A stretch of DNA of 10,027 nt from Candidatus Auribacterota bacterium. Lineage in GTDB: Bacteria; Auribacterota; UBA6266. Below the pieces are notes generated by a model. It saw nothing but the letters and a program-made list of their open reading frames with translations. It did no database searches and was not told where the DNA came from. Where the stretch lies: NCBI GenBank assembly GCA_023136205.1, contig JAGLRQ010000032.1:1-10027 (forward strand), written 5' to 3'. Below, one piece after another: positions 1 to 6,979 of this stretch (positions are counted from its first letter, which is position 1; each line of letters starts with the position of its first letter). A program made the position numbers and the translations under genes.

Positions 1-110
1 GGACTATTCAGGAACTGCTCGGACATAAAGATGTCAGTACCACAATGATTTATACCCATGTTGTCAAGCAGGGCGGCAAGGGAGTAAAGAGCCCGCTTGA
101 TACAGCGTGA
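1..110 (+). CDS. 3' end of a tyrosine recombinase gene with an integron-integrase-like C-terminus; the 5' part lies left of the window
   Basis: The frame starting at nt 3 reads [35 protein letters not shown], with stop TGA at 108-110. LLGH..STTxIYTHV is the box II / catalytic-Tyr region of tyrosine recombinases. The tail HV-x-K-x-GG-x-GV-x-SPLD matches my memory of the IntI1 C-terminus (IYTHVLKVGGAGVRSPLD). It is absent from the ORF track because it is truncated. Confidence 0.75.
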   Translation, partial: TIQELLGHKDVSTTMIYTHVVKQGGKGVKSPLDTA

Positions 111-125
111 CAAGGTATATAGTTC

Positions 126-154
126 TTGACACTACACTGCATGAAAAGTATAAT
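126..154 (+). promoter_or_regulatory. Consensus sigma70-type promoter for rpmH
   Basis: TTGACA at 126-131, an exact 17-nt spacer at 132-148, and TATAAT at 149-154. Both hexamers are perfect consensus. The predicted TSS near 161 gives a ~107-nt leader before the rpmH ATG at 268. Confidence 0.7.
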
Positions 155-192
155 TCGCGGAATCTGAAGATTATAGAGAAAAGAAAAAATTA

Positions 193-235
193 TTTACGAG
201 ATAGTGCGAAGCGGAGCGTAGCCTCCCCGCAGGGG
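193..235 (+). repeat. Copy 1 of a 43-nt intergenic repeat, inside the predicted rpmH leader
   Basis: TTTACGAGATAGTGCGAAGCGgAGCGtAGCCTCCCCGcAGGGG matches 4007-4049 at 40/43 positions in the same orientation. It has a GC-rich core in AT-rich surroundings and a small CCCC-nnn-GGGG hairpin at its 3' end. Confidence 0.85.
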
Positions 236-267
236 ACTAAAGACTATTTAAAGAGTGGAGGTTATAA

Positions 268-405
268 ATGTCAAAGAGAACTTATCAGCCGTCAAAAATA
301 AAAATGAAACGAAAACACGGGTTCAGGGAAAGAATGAGTACTGTGGGCGGCAGAAAAATAATTAAAAACAGACGGCGAAAAGGCAGAAAAAAACTCACTG
401 TCTGA
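268..405 (+). CDS. rpmH: 50S ribosomal protein L34
   Basis: Hand translation gives [45 protein letters not shown] (45 aa, stop TGA 403-405), the canonical L34 sequence. A GGAGG Shine-Dalgarno sits at 257-261. The gene precedes rnpA as in most bacteria. It is below the ORF-track length cut-off. Confidence 0.97.
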   Translation: MSKRTYQPSKIKMKRKHGFRERMSTVGGRKIIKNRRRKGRKKLTV

Positions 406-410
406 AAAAT

Positions 411-758
411 ATGAAACAGAGCTTCCGAAAAGAAGACAAATTAACATCTCCGCGTCAGTTTAAACGAATTTTATACAAAGGGAAAAAGGTTAGAAGGGGC
501 TGCATTGAACTATCTTCGGGCAAAAGTGCTGATTCGCGCCCCAGGCTTGGCATTATAATTTCAGCTAAGGTTGCTAACGCTGTTAACCGGAACAGGTACA
601 AAAGGAAGATAAGAGAGTTTTTCAGGACACACAAGGAATTTTTGGAAGGTAAAGAAATAGTTATAAGGCTAAAAAAGCCTGTTTCCGATGAGTGGTTTAA
701 CGAATTTGAAGAGGCGATGAAAGAAGCCTTTGGGGTAAAAGAATGGACAAAAAATTAA
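411..758 (+). CDS. rnpA: Ribonuclease P protein component
   Basis: 115 aa, basic, with the RNR motif region NAVNRNRYKRKIREFF. It starts 5 nt after rpmH, in the conserved rpmH-rnpA-yidC order. Confidence 0.93.
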   Translation: MKQSFRKEDKLTSPRQFKRILYKGKKVRRGCIELSSGKSADSRPRLGIIISAKVANAVNRNRYKRKIREFFRTHKEFLEGKEIVIRLKKPVSDEWFNEFEEAMKEAFGVKEWTKN

Positions 759-2461
759 TTCTTGCGGTTGTTCTCAGCATGGCTGTAGTTTTAGGGTTTC
801 AGGCATACCAGGCGAAGCAGGCAAAGCAGGTTCAGCTTGCAAAAGGGGATAAACCGTCGGGGAAAACTCTTGTCGCGGCGCAAGATCAATCTTTTCCGGA
901 TAGAGGAGCAATTGAAACACTCCCGGGGAAAACAGATTATCTGCAAAATGCCGTTGAAAAGACAATAACACTTGAAAATAACAATCTCCGGCTGGAATTA
1001 TCTACTTTCGGAGCGACTATAAAGGACGCGTTTCTTAAAAATTTCCCGTTAGACCCCGCGGAGGGAGACGATTCTGCTCCCGTTAACCTTGTCTTACCTG
1101 ACGAAAAGTCCGAGAGGCCGCTTTCTTTAACCTTCAGTGTAGATGGATCTTATAATAATGAGTCCTATGGTCCGTGGAAGATAATACATAACACAAACAA
1201 CGAAGTAGTTTTTCAGAAACTTGTTAACGGAGGCGTGGTAGTTACTAAAAGATATGCCTTCGGGGATACCGATAATCTCCTGGATGTTGAAGTGTTGTTT
1301 AAAAATGAAGGGGTTAAAGATTTAAATATAGATGATGTAACTGTGATATGGCCGAAAGGGATAGGAAGTACTCCTGATCTTGCGGCTGCTAAGCTGGCAA
1401 GAGTAAAGAAGGGCGGATTAGCAAGAATAGACGGAAAGTTATTTGAAAAGAAAACAGGGGAAAACGCGCGTGTCGGGGTAGTCGATTTTGCCGCGGTGCT
1501 GGACAGGTATTTTACAGCTATGATAATCCCTGAATCCACATCGGTCGGGTTTATAAACAAACCTGAAGAGAAGGGGCAAAGCGAAATTGCTGTAATCTAT
1601 TCAGGAAGTGTTTTACGGCCCGGCGAGAAAAATTCCTGCAGAATGCGGTTATATCTTGGCCCCAAAGCGTACGGGAAACTTAAAGCTTTGGATGTGGGCG
1701 CTGAAGAGCTTGTGTTTTCCGGATGGACCTGGTTTTTCCGGGCTGATCTCTGGTTTCCGTGGGTTTGCGATAAAATAACGTGGCTTATGAATTTTTTCTT
1801 CAGATTTATTCATAATTACGGTATTGCCATAATCCTTGTGACCATGCTTACTAAAATACTTACGTATCCTGCTACGAGAGCGCAGTTTAAGTCAATGAAG
1901 AAAATGCAGGAGCTTCAGCCGAAAACAAAAGCCCTCAAGGAAAAATACAAAGACAATCCGACAAAACTTAACCAGGAAACAATGGAACTTTATAAAAAAT
2001 ACAAGGTTAATCCTCTGGGCGGATGTTTGCCAATGCTGGCTCAGATGCCCATATTTATTGCTTTTTATATCGTTATATACAGGGCTGTCGAATTGAGAGG
2101 GGCGTCTTTTCTTAATTTCCATGTAAATTTGCCTGAGGGGTTGCCATTTGGAATGAGCGGAGCCCCGCTGTGGATTACCGATCTTTCAATGAAAGACCCT
2201 ACATATATTCTTCCGCTGCTTATGGGAGCTACAATGTTTTTCCAGCAGAAGCTTTCAACAGGAGTGTCGGCGGACCCGACTCAGGCTAAAATGATGATGT
2301 TTATGCCGGTTATTTTTACCGCTTTATTTCTTTCATTTCCTTCAGGGCTGGTCCTTTACTGGTTTGTAAGCAATCTCCTGGGTATTGCTCAGCAGATTTT
2401 TCATAATGTTGAGGAAGGGAAGAGCTGGGACGGCAAGCAGAAGCAAGCCGCGTCCGCGTAA
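743..2461 (+). CDS. yidC: Membrane protein insertase YidC (long form with a periplasmic P1 domain)
   Basis: 572 aa with an N-terminal TM helix, a ~300-aa soluble domain, then the conserved 60-kDa insertase core (..ILTYPATRAQFKSMKKMQELQPK..YKKYKVNPLGGCLPMLAQMPIFIAFY..GLVLYWFVSNLLGIAQQ). It overlaps the rnpA end by 16 nt. Confidence 0.95.
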   Translation: MDKKLILAVVLSMAVVLGFQAYQAKQAKQVQLAKGDKPSGKTLVAAQDQSFPDRGAIETLPGKTDYLQNAVEKTITLENNNLRLELSTFGATIKDAFLKNFPLDPAEGDDSAPVNLVLPDEKSERPLSLTFSVDGSYNNESYGPWKIIHNTNNEVVFQKLVNGGVVVTKRYAFGDTDNLLDVEVLFKNEGVKDLNIDDVTVIWPKGIGSTPDLAAAKLARVKKGGLARIDGKLFEKKTGENARVGVVDFAAVLDRYFTAMIIPESTSVGFINKPEEKGQSEIAVIYSGSVLRPGEKNSCRMRLYLGPKAYGKLKALDVGAEELVFSGWTWFFRADLWFPWVCDKITWLMNFFFRFIHNYGIAIILVTMLTKILTYPATRAQFKSMKKMQELQPKTKALKEKYKDNPTKLNQETMELYKKYKVNPLGGCLPMLAQMPIFIAFYIVIYRAVELRGASFLNFHVNLPEGLPFGMSGAPLWITDLSMKDPTYILPLLMGATMFFQQKLSTGVSADPTQAKMMMFMPVIFTALFLSFPSGLVLYWFVSNLLGIAQQIFHNVEEGKSWDGKQKQAASA

Positions 2462-2466
2462 CCTGA

Positions 2467-3846
2467 ATGTATAACAGAGATACAATTGCCGCGATTTCAA
2501 CCCCTTGCGGGGAAGGAGCCATAGGAATAGTAAGGCTTAGCGGTTCCAATGCGTTAAAAATAATATCTACACTTTTCAAACCTAAAAACAAAAATTCCTG
2601 GAAAAAGAAAAAAACCCATACCCTTCACTTCGGAACACTTGTGTTTAAAGGCATTGAGCTTGACGAGGTTGTCGTTTCTTTGATGAAAAGCCCCAATTCA
2701 TATACGGGTGAAGATATTGTGGAGATTAACTGCCACGGAGGATGGGTTATCCTTTCAAAGATACTGGAGGCGGTCTGTGCTATGAATGCCCGCCTTGCCG
2801 AACCGGGAGAATTTACAAAAAGGGCATTTTTAAATGAGAAATTAGAATTATCCCAGGCGGAAGCAGTTGTGGATTTGATAAAGGCAAAGACGGATACAGC
2901 TGCCGGTATAGCTTTAAAACAGCTTAAAGGAACAGGTTATAAAAAAATCAAACAATTAAACACGGCTCTCATTGAATGTATGGCAAATATTGAAGCGAAC
3001 CTTGATTTTTCAGATCAGAACCTGGATGTTGAGCCGGTTTCAAAGACCGTAAAAAGGCTGGAAAAAATCAAGACGGCATTGGAAGCAATGATAGAAAACG
3101 CGAGGAAAGCCAACCTGTTTAAGCTGGGGCTTCACATTACGATTGTGGGCAGGACAAATGTTGGTAAGTCAAGCCTTGCTAACAGGTTAATGAAAAACAG
3201 AAAAATTATTGTAACCTCTTTGCCGGGAACAACAAGGGATGTGATAGAAGAGGTTATAAATATTTGCGGGATTCCGGTTGTAATTGCCGATACGGCGGGT
3301 ATCAGGAAACATTCCGGAAAGATTGAAGAAATCGGACAGAGAATGACAAGAGAGAAAGTGAAGGTGACTGATGTTGTCCTTGCCGTATTTGACCTTTCCA
3401 GAAGGTTTACTCCGGATGATAAGGAGATTATGCGCCACATACGCGGCAAAACAGGAATCCTGCTTTTTAATAAATCTGATATTACCTGCCGTATGAATAA
3501 AAATAGACTAAAGTCTGAATTCCCTCATTGGCCTGAAGTGGAAATATCAGCTAAAACAGGCAGGAACATAAAAAGGCTTAAAGAGGAAATATATAAACTG
3601 ACAGTGGGTGACAGCCCCGTAGAATTAGAAGAAACATTTATATCGAATATCAGACAGCTTGAAGCGTTAAAGTTTGCCTATATAAGCGTTAAAGACGCCC
3701 TTAAAGCGCTGAAGAAGGGTTTTCCGGAGGATATAGCGGCTATAGAGATTAAAGAGGCTCTTAACAGCATAGGTAAAATTACGGGTGAAACCACCGATGA
3801 AGAAATTTTAACATCCATTTTTAGTAAATTCTGTGTAGGGAAATAG
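2467..3846 (+). CDS. mnmE: tRNA modification GTPase MnmE
   Basis: 459 aa starting DTIAAISTPCGEGAIGIVRLSG. G-domain motifs are GRTNVGKSS, TTRD, DTAG and NKSD. The hallmark C-terminal FCVGK is present. Confidence 0.96.
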   Translation: MYNRDTIAAISTPCGEGAIGIVRLSGSNALKIISTLFKPKNKNSWKKKKTHTLHFGTLVFKGIELDEVVVSLMKSPNSYTGEDIVEINCHGGWVILSKILEAVCAMNARLAEPGEFTKRAFLNEKLELSQAEAVVDLIKAKTDTAAGIALKQLKGTGYKKIKQLNTALIECMANIEANLDFSDQNLDVEPVSKTVKRLEKIKTALEAMIENARKANLFKLGLHITIVGRTNVGKSSLANRLMKNRKIIVTSLPGTTRDVIEEVINICGIPVVIADTAGIRKHSGKIEEIGQRMTREKVKVTDVVLAVFDLSRRFTPDDKEIMRHIRGKTGILLFNKSDITCRMNKNRLKSEFPHWPEVEISAKTGRNIKRLKEEIYKLTVGDSPVELEETFISNIRQLEALKFAYISVKDALKALKKGFPEDIAAIEIKEALNSIGKITGETTDEEILTSIFSKFCVGK

Positions 3847-3972
3847 TTTTTTCCCTAAAAAATGTCTAACATTAGGTTATATTATCAAGAAACCCCTTAA
3901 ATAATGCATGGAAGGTCGGATTGTTGGGTATAAAATGCTAGTTATTAGACATAAAAGGTGAGTTTTAATGGT

Positions 3973-4009
3973 AAAAACTGAAGTTTTTGCACAAATAAGT
4001 GCAGTTTTT
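3973..4009 (+). terminator. Imperfect hairpin plus T-run downstream of mnmE; a weak terminator candidate
   Basis: The inner stem is TGCAC (3988-3992) / GTGCA (3999-4003) with a 6-nt loop, followed by G and TTTTT (4005-4009). An alternative outer 8-bp stem is AAAAACTG (3973-3980) / CAGTTTTT (4002-4009). The stems are short and AT-rich, so function is uncertain. Confidence 0.25.
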
Positions 4010-4049
4010 ACGAGATAGTGCGAAGCGAAGCGCAGCCTCCCCGAAGGGG
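4007..4049 (+). repeat. Copy 2 of the 43-nt intergenic repeat, 85 nt upstream of mnmG
   Basis: TTTACGAGATAGTGCGAAGCGaAGCGcAGCCTCCCCGaAGGGG matches 193-235 at 40/43 positions in the same orientation and on the same strand as the downstream gene. Confidence 0.85.
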
Positions 4050-4133
4050 GCCATATACGAAATACGACTTTTAGGATATAAAATACAACTTTTTGCATAA
4101 ATTTAATGAGTTTTAGATAAAAAAGGCAGGGTT

Positions 4134-5939
4134 TTGAGCAAAAAAAGCAAAGATTATGAGATAATTGTGGTTGGAGCAGGCCATGCCGGCTGTGAGGCAG
4201 CTTATATTTCAGCAAAAATGGGGATAAAAACAGCGCTTTTTTCGATTTCACTGGATAACATTGCCCAGATGTCGTGTAATCCTGCCATAGGAGGCCTGGC
4301 CAAAGGACATCTTGTCAGGGAAATTGACTCGCTTGGCGGGATAATGGCAAAACTAACCGATAGAAGCGCGATACATTATAAGATGTTAAACAGGACAAAA
4401 GGCCCTTCGGTGTGGTCTCCGAGAGCGCAGATAGACAAAGCCGTGTACTCAAAAAAGATGGCTGATGTATTGAAAAAGGCCAAAAACCTCGGCCTTGTTA
4501 AGGGCCTTGTAAGTGATATTATTGTAGAAAATTCCCGTGTTAAAGGCGTAAAGACACAGGATGGCCGGGAGTTTTACGCGAAAGTGGTTATTCTAACACC
4601 CGGAACGTTCCTTAACGGGCTTATTCATATTGGGCATAAGGCGTTTCCGGGAGGAAGGGCAGGGGAAGAACCGGCCTGCGGCCTTTCTGATAGTTTAAAA
4701 AAAGCAGGGTTCAAACTCGGCAGATTAAAAACGGGAACCCCTCCCAGAGTGGACAAAGACAGTGTAGATTTTGATGAGTGTTCTATTGAGCCAAGTGAAG
4801 ATCCACAGCCGTTTTCTTTCAGGCAAAAGTTTATAACATACGACACCATAAACTGTTACATAACGAAGACTACCGCGGAAACAAAAAAAATTGTAAAAGA
4901 TAATCTTACGAAAACAGCTATGTACTCCGGTAAAATAAAGGCGACAGGGGTAAGGTATTGCCCTTCGATCGAGGATAAAATAGTAAAATTTCCCGACAAA
5001 GATACACACCAGGTGTTTATCGAGCCTGAAGGTATTAATACCCGGGAAGTATATGTAAATGGTATTTCAACCGGTTTGCCTGAAGACATACAGTATGACA
5101 TGGTTCATTCAATCCCGGGGTTAAAAAAGGCTGAAATATTGAAATCGGCATACGCGATTGAATACGACTTTGTTTTTCCTACGCAGTTAAAGCCCACGCT
5201 TGAAACCAGGCTGGTGGAAAATCTTTACCTCGCGGGGCAGATAAACGGGACCTCAGGCTATGAAGAAGCAGGCGCGCAGGGGATTATTGCTGGAATAAAC
5301 GCGGTGTTATTATTAAAGCAAAAGCCCGCTCTCATATTAAAAAGATCAGACGCGTATATAGGGGTTTTAATAGATGACCTTGTTACAAAGGGGACGAGAG
5401 AACCCTACAGGATGTTTACTTCCAGGGCCGAATACAGATTGAGTTTGAGGCAGGATAACGCGGATATAAGGCTAATGGAATACGGCTATTGGGCAGGCAC
5501 TATAAGCAAAAAGGAAATAACACGTCTGAGAAAGAAAATATCTTTAATAAACAGGGAAAAAGAGGATATTATAAAAAACAAGACAATACTTAAGTATATC
5601 AGGAGAGGCGTTAGCTTCAAATCCGCGTTTGAAAAAGCCGGGAAAAAGGTTCCCGCAGACATTGACGGGGCGACAGCGTTCCAGGTAGAGGTGGATTTAA
5701 GATATGAAGGCTATCTGAAAAAACAGGAGAAGCAGATAGCGGCATTTAAAAAAATGGAGGATGTTGCTCTTGGCGGAAGTATTGATTATCACAGTATCAG
5801 GGGTTTAAAAAAGGAGTCGGTAGAGAAGTTATCGAACCTGAAGCCTTTAACCCTCGGCCAGGCATCCAGGATTTCCGGGGTCAGCCCCGCGGATATAGCC
5901 GTAATAATGATATATTTGAGAAAAAGAAGGGGAATATGA
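4134..5939 (+). CDS. mnmG: tRNA uridine 5-carboxymethylaminomethyl modification enzyme MnmG (GidA)
   Basis: 601 aa with a TTG start at 4134. The N-terminal FAD fold is [16 protein letters not shown]. Conserved GidA blocks are present ([69 protein letters not shown]). Confidence 0.96.
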   Translation: MSKKSKDYEIIVVGAGHAGCEAAYISAKMGIKTALFSISLDNIAQMSCNPAIGGLAKGHLVREIDSLGGIMAKLTDRSAIHYKMLNRTKGPSVWSPRAQIDKAVYSKKMADVLKKAKNLGLVKGLVSDIIVENSRVKGVKTQDGREFYAKVVILTPGTFLNGLIHIGHKAFPGGRAGEEPACGLSDSLKKAGFKLGRLKTGTPPRVDKDSVDFDECSIEPSEDPQPFSFRQKFITYDTINCYITKTTAETKKIVKDNLTKTAMYSGKIKATGVRYCPSIEDKIVKFPDKDTHQVFIEPEGINTREVYVNGISTGLPEDIQYDMVHSIPGLKKAEILKSAYAIEYDFVFPTQLKPTLETRLVENLYLAGQINGTSGYEEAGAQGIIAGINAVLLLKQKPALILKRSDAYIGVLIDDLVTKGTREPYRMFTSRAEYRLSLRQDNADIRLMEYGYWAGTISKKEITRLRKKISLINREKEDIIKNKTILKYIRRGVSFKSAFEKAGKKVPADIDGATAFQVEVDLRYEGYLKKQEKQIAAFKKMEDVALGGSIDYHSIRGLKKESVEKLSNLKPLTLGQASRISGVSPADIAVIMIYLRKRRGI

Positions 5940-6853
5940 AAATTAAAAGGTACTATTCTCTGAATATGTATTTCAAAGGCATTTGCTCACATCGTGTAGG
6001 TAAAATATGTGTTGATGCCGGATTTACCTGCCCTAACAGGGACGGGACAATTTCTGAGAGAGGATGCTTGTTTTGTGACGAGAAAGGTTCAGCCGCGGAT
6101 TACATTAAAAGGAATTTGCCTGTCCACGAGCAGGTAAAAGTGTATTTGAAGGAAAAATCCAGGGGAGATGATCGTTATATTGTATATTTTCAGCCGTTTA
6201 CGAATACATATGAAAAAGCCGCAATCCTGAAGGATTTATATAAGGCAGTATTTGTAAACGACAGAATTATAGGGATTTCAATCGGGACAAGGCCTGACTG
6301 CATAGATCCGGAGAAAATCGGCATAATAGAGGATATTGCGGAGAACCATGAAGTCTGGCTGGAGATGGGGCTTCAGACTTCCAATAATAAAACATTGAGG
6401 ACAATTAACAGGGGCCATACCGCGGAAGACTTTAAAAATGCCATGGAACTTACAAAAGGAACCAATATAAAGGTTTGCGCGCATGTAATAATCGGTTTGC
6501 CGGGAGAAGGGCCGGAAGATTACAGGCAGACAGCGGATTTTCTGTCGTCTCTTCCTGTCAGGGGGGTAAAATTACACCATCTATACATAGCGAAGGGTAC
6601 ACAAACCGCGGAGCTATATAAAAAGGGTGAAATCAAAACCATGGAAAAAGAGGAATATATTAAGCAGGCAGGGGAGTTCCTTAAGAGAATAAGGCCTGAT
6701 ATAGTAATTCACAGGCTCATGGGAGATTGCTCTGAGGAGAGGTTGATCGCACCTTTGTGGACGAGAGAGAACAATAGTGTTATGGACGGAATAAATGGAT
6801 TTCTCAAAAAGAATAATTCCTGGCAGGGGAGGGATTGTTCGTCAAAAATCTAA
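5936..6853 (+). CDS. Radical SAM protein, YhcC/YtqA (TIGR01212) family, Elp3-like radical SAM domain
   Basis: 305 aa. [80 protein letters not shown] and APLW all parallel E. coli YhcC as I remember it. The start ATG overlaps the mnmG stop (ATGA at 5936-5939). Confidence 0.88.
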   Translation: MKIKRYYSLNMYFKGICSHRVGKICVDAGFTCPNRDGTISERGCLFCDEKGSAADYIKRNLPVHEQVKVYLKEKSRGDDRYIVYFQPFTNTYEKAAILKDLYKAVFVNDRIIGISIGTRPDCIDPEKIGIIEDIAENHEVWLEMGLQTSNNKTLRTINRGHTAEDFKNAMELTKGTNIKVCAHVIIGLPGEGPEDYRQTADFLSSLPVRGVKLHHLYIAKGTQTAELYKKGEIKTMEKEEYIKQAGEFLKRIRPDIVIHRLMGDCSEERLIAPLWTRENNSVMDGINGFLKKNNSWQGRDCSSKI

Positions 6854-6856
6854 AAT

Positions 6857-6872
6857 TGTTCCACGTGGAACA
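6857..6872. promoter_or_regulatory. parS site (ParB binding/loading site), perfect palindrome
   Basis: TGTTCCACGTGGAACA is a perfect 16-bp palindrome that fits the chromosomal parS consensus tGTTnCACGTGnAACa. It lies 4 nt after the radical SAM stop and 108 nt upstream of parA. Confidence 0.85.
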
Positions 6873-6900
6873 TTTTTAATAAAAACTATTCTTTTTTTTA

Positions 6901-6929
6901 TTGATACTTTATTTTGTTTGTGATATTTT
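6901..6929 (+). promoter_or_regulatory. Candidate parAB promoter with an extended -10
   Basis: TTGATA at 6901-6906, a 17-nt spacer ending in TGa, and TATTTT at 6924-6929. It lies in the very AT-rich spacer between the two parS sites. This is a pattern match only. Confidence 0.35.
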
Positions 6930-6930
6930 T

Positions 6931-6946
6931 TGTTCTACGTGGAACA
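6931..6946. promoter_or_regulatory. Second parS site (one deviation from palindromic symmetry)
   Basis: TGTTCTACGTGGAACA differs from the upstream site at one position (C to T). It lies 34 nt upstream of the parA ATG and directly after the candidate -10. Confidence 0.75.
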
Positions 6947-6979
6947 TTTCTTATTTTCGAAGATTGACAGGATAACCCT

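Noticed and set aside
193-235. The 43-nt repeat as integron attC sites (given the IntI-like gene), or as direct repeats bounding an island from 193 to 4049
   Set aside because: There are no RYYYAAC / GTTRRRY core sites in or beside either copy. The DNA between the copies is rpmH-rnpA-yidC-mnmE, which are essential core genes rather than a cassette or island.
107-301. 64-aa ORF from the track (GTG start) spanning the integrase stop, the rpmH promoter, the 43-nt repeat and the rpmH start
   Set aside because: It overlaps a consensus promoter and the genuine, highly conserved rpmH start in another frame. It has no ribosome binding site and no recognisable product, so it is best explained as chance.
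1213-1560. Antisense ORFs nested in conserved genes (this one, plus 774-971, 1892-2122, 2316-2591, 3132-3449, 3187-3438, 4625-4849, 4725-5009, 4856-5101, 6278-6484, 7400-7588, 7706-7915, 7967-8194, 8255-8524, 8846-9121 and 9751-9948). The minus-strand ORFs 6898-7143 and 6935-7207 are the same kind of artefact, except that they also run across the parS spacer into the parA 5' end
   Set aside because: Each lies opposite a confidently identified + strand gene (or, for 9751-9948, opposite the unassigned 9445-9906 ORF) or across an intergenic regulatory region. None has a recognisable product. They are typical shadow ORFs.
3968-4018. 16-codon leader ORF (MVKTEVFAQISAVFTR) with an AAGGTG Shine-Dalgarno, overlapping the hairpin and T-run and ending inside repeat copy 2, which has an attenuation-like layout
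   Set aside because: Copy 1 of the repeat has no equivalent upstream ORF, because a stop at 151-153 is followed by no ATG. The peptide has no regulatory codon run, and the ORF is too short to distinguish from chance.
4028-4049. Sequence similarity between the 43-nt repeat core (GCGCAGCCTCCCC) and the RAYT inverted-repeat core (GGCGCTGTCCCC) as proof that the repeat is this RAYT's REP
   Set aside because: There are only about 12 matching bases, and gaps are needed. This is too weak to claim homology, so the RAYT link remains a hypothesis to test genome-wide.
3847-4133. Possibility that the AT-rich spacer upstream of mnmG (gidA) is oriC, as in E. coli
   Set aside because: The best DnaA-box-like matches I could find (TTATCAAGA, TTTTGCACA) each have two mismatches and are not clustered.
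3877-4251. 124-aa minus-strand ORF covering the mnmE-mnmG spacer and the mnmG start
   Set aside because: It runs antisense through the 43-nt repeat and the conserved mnmG N-terminus and has a low-complexity product. The second repeat copy is not embedded in a comparable ORF. It is likely spurious.
743-6853. Absence of yidD, jag/khpB and rsmG from the cluster as a sign of rearrangement or assembly error
   Set aside because: The gene junctions are clean (5-nt gaps or short overlaps) with no fragments or frame breaks. These genes are variably present or located elsewhere in many lineages. Only the rsmG slot occupancy is reported, as a context clue.
6964-6969. Perfect TTGACA hexamers at 6964-6969 and 9931-9936
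   Set aside because: The first is only 10 nt from the parA ATG, so it cannot serve that gene. The second lacks an acceptable -10 at 16-18 nt (TATGCA/ATGCAA). Neither is called as a promoter.
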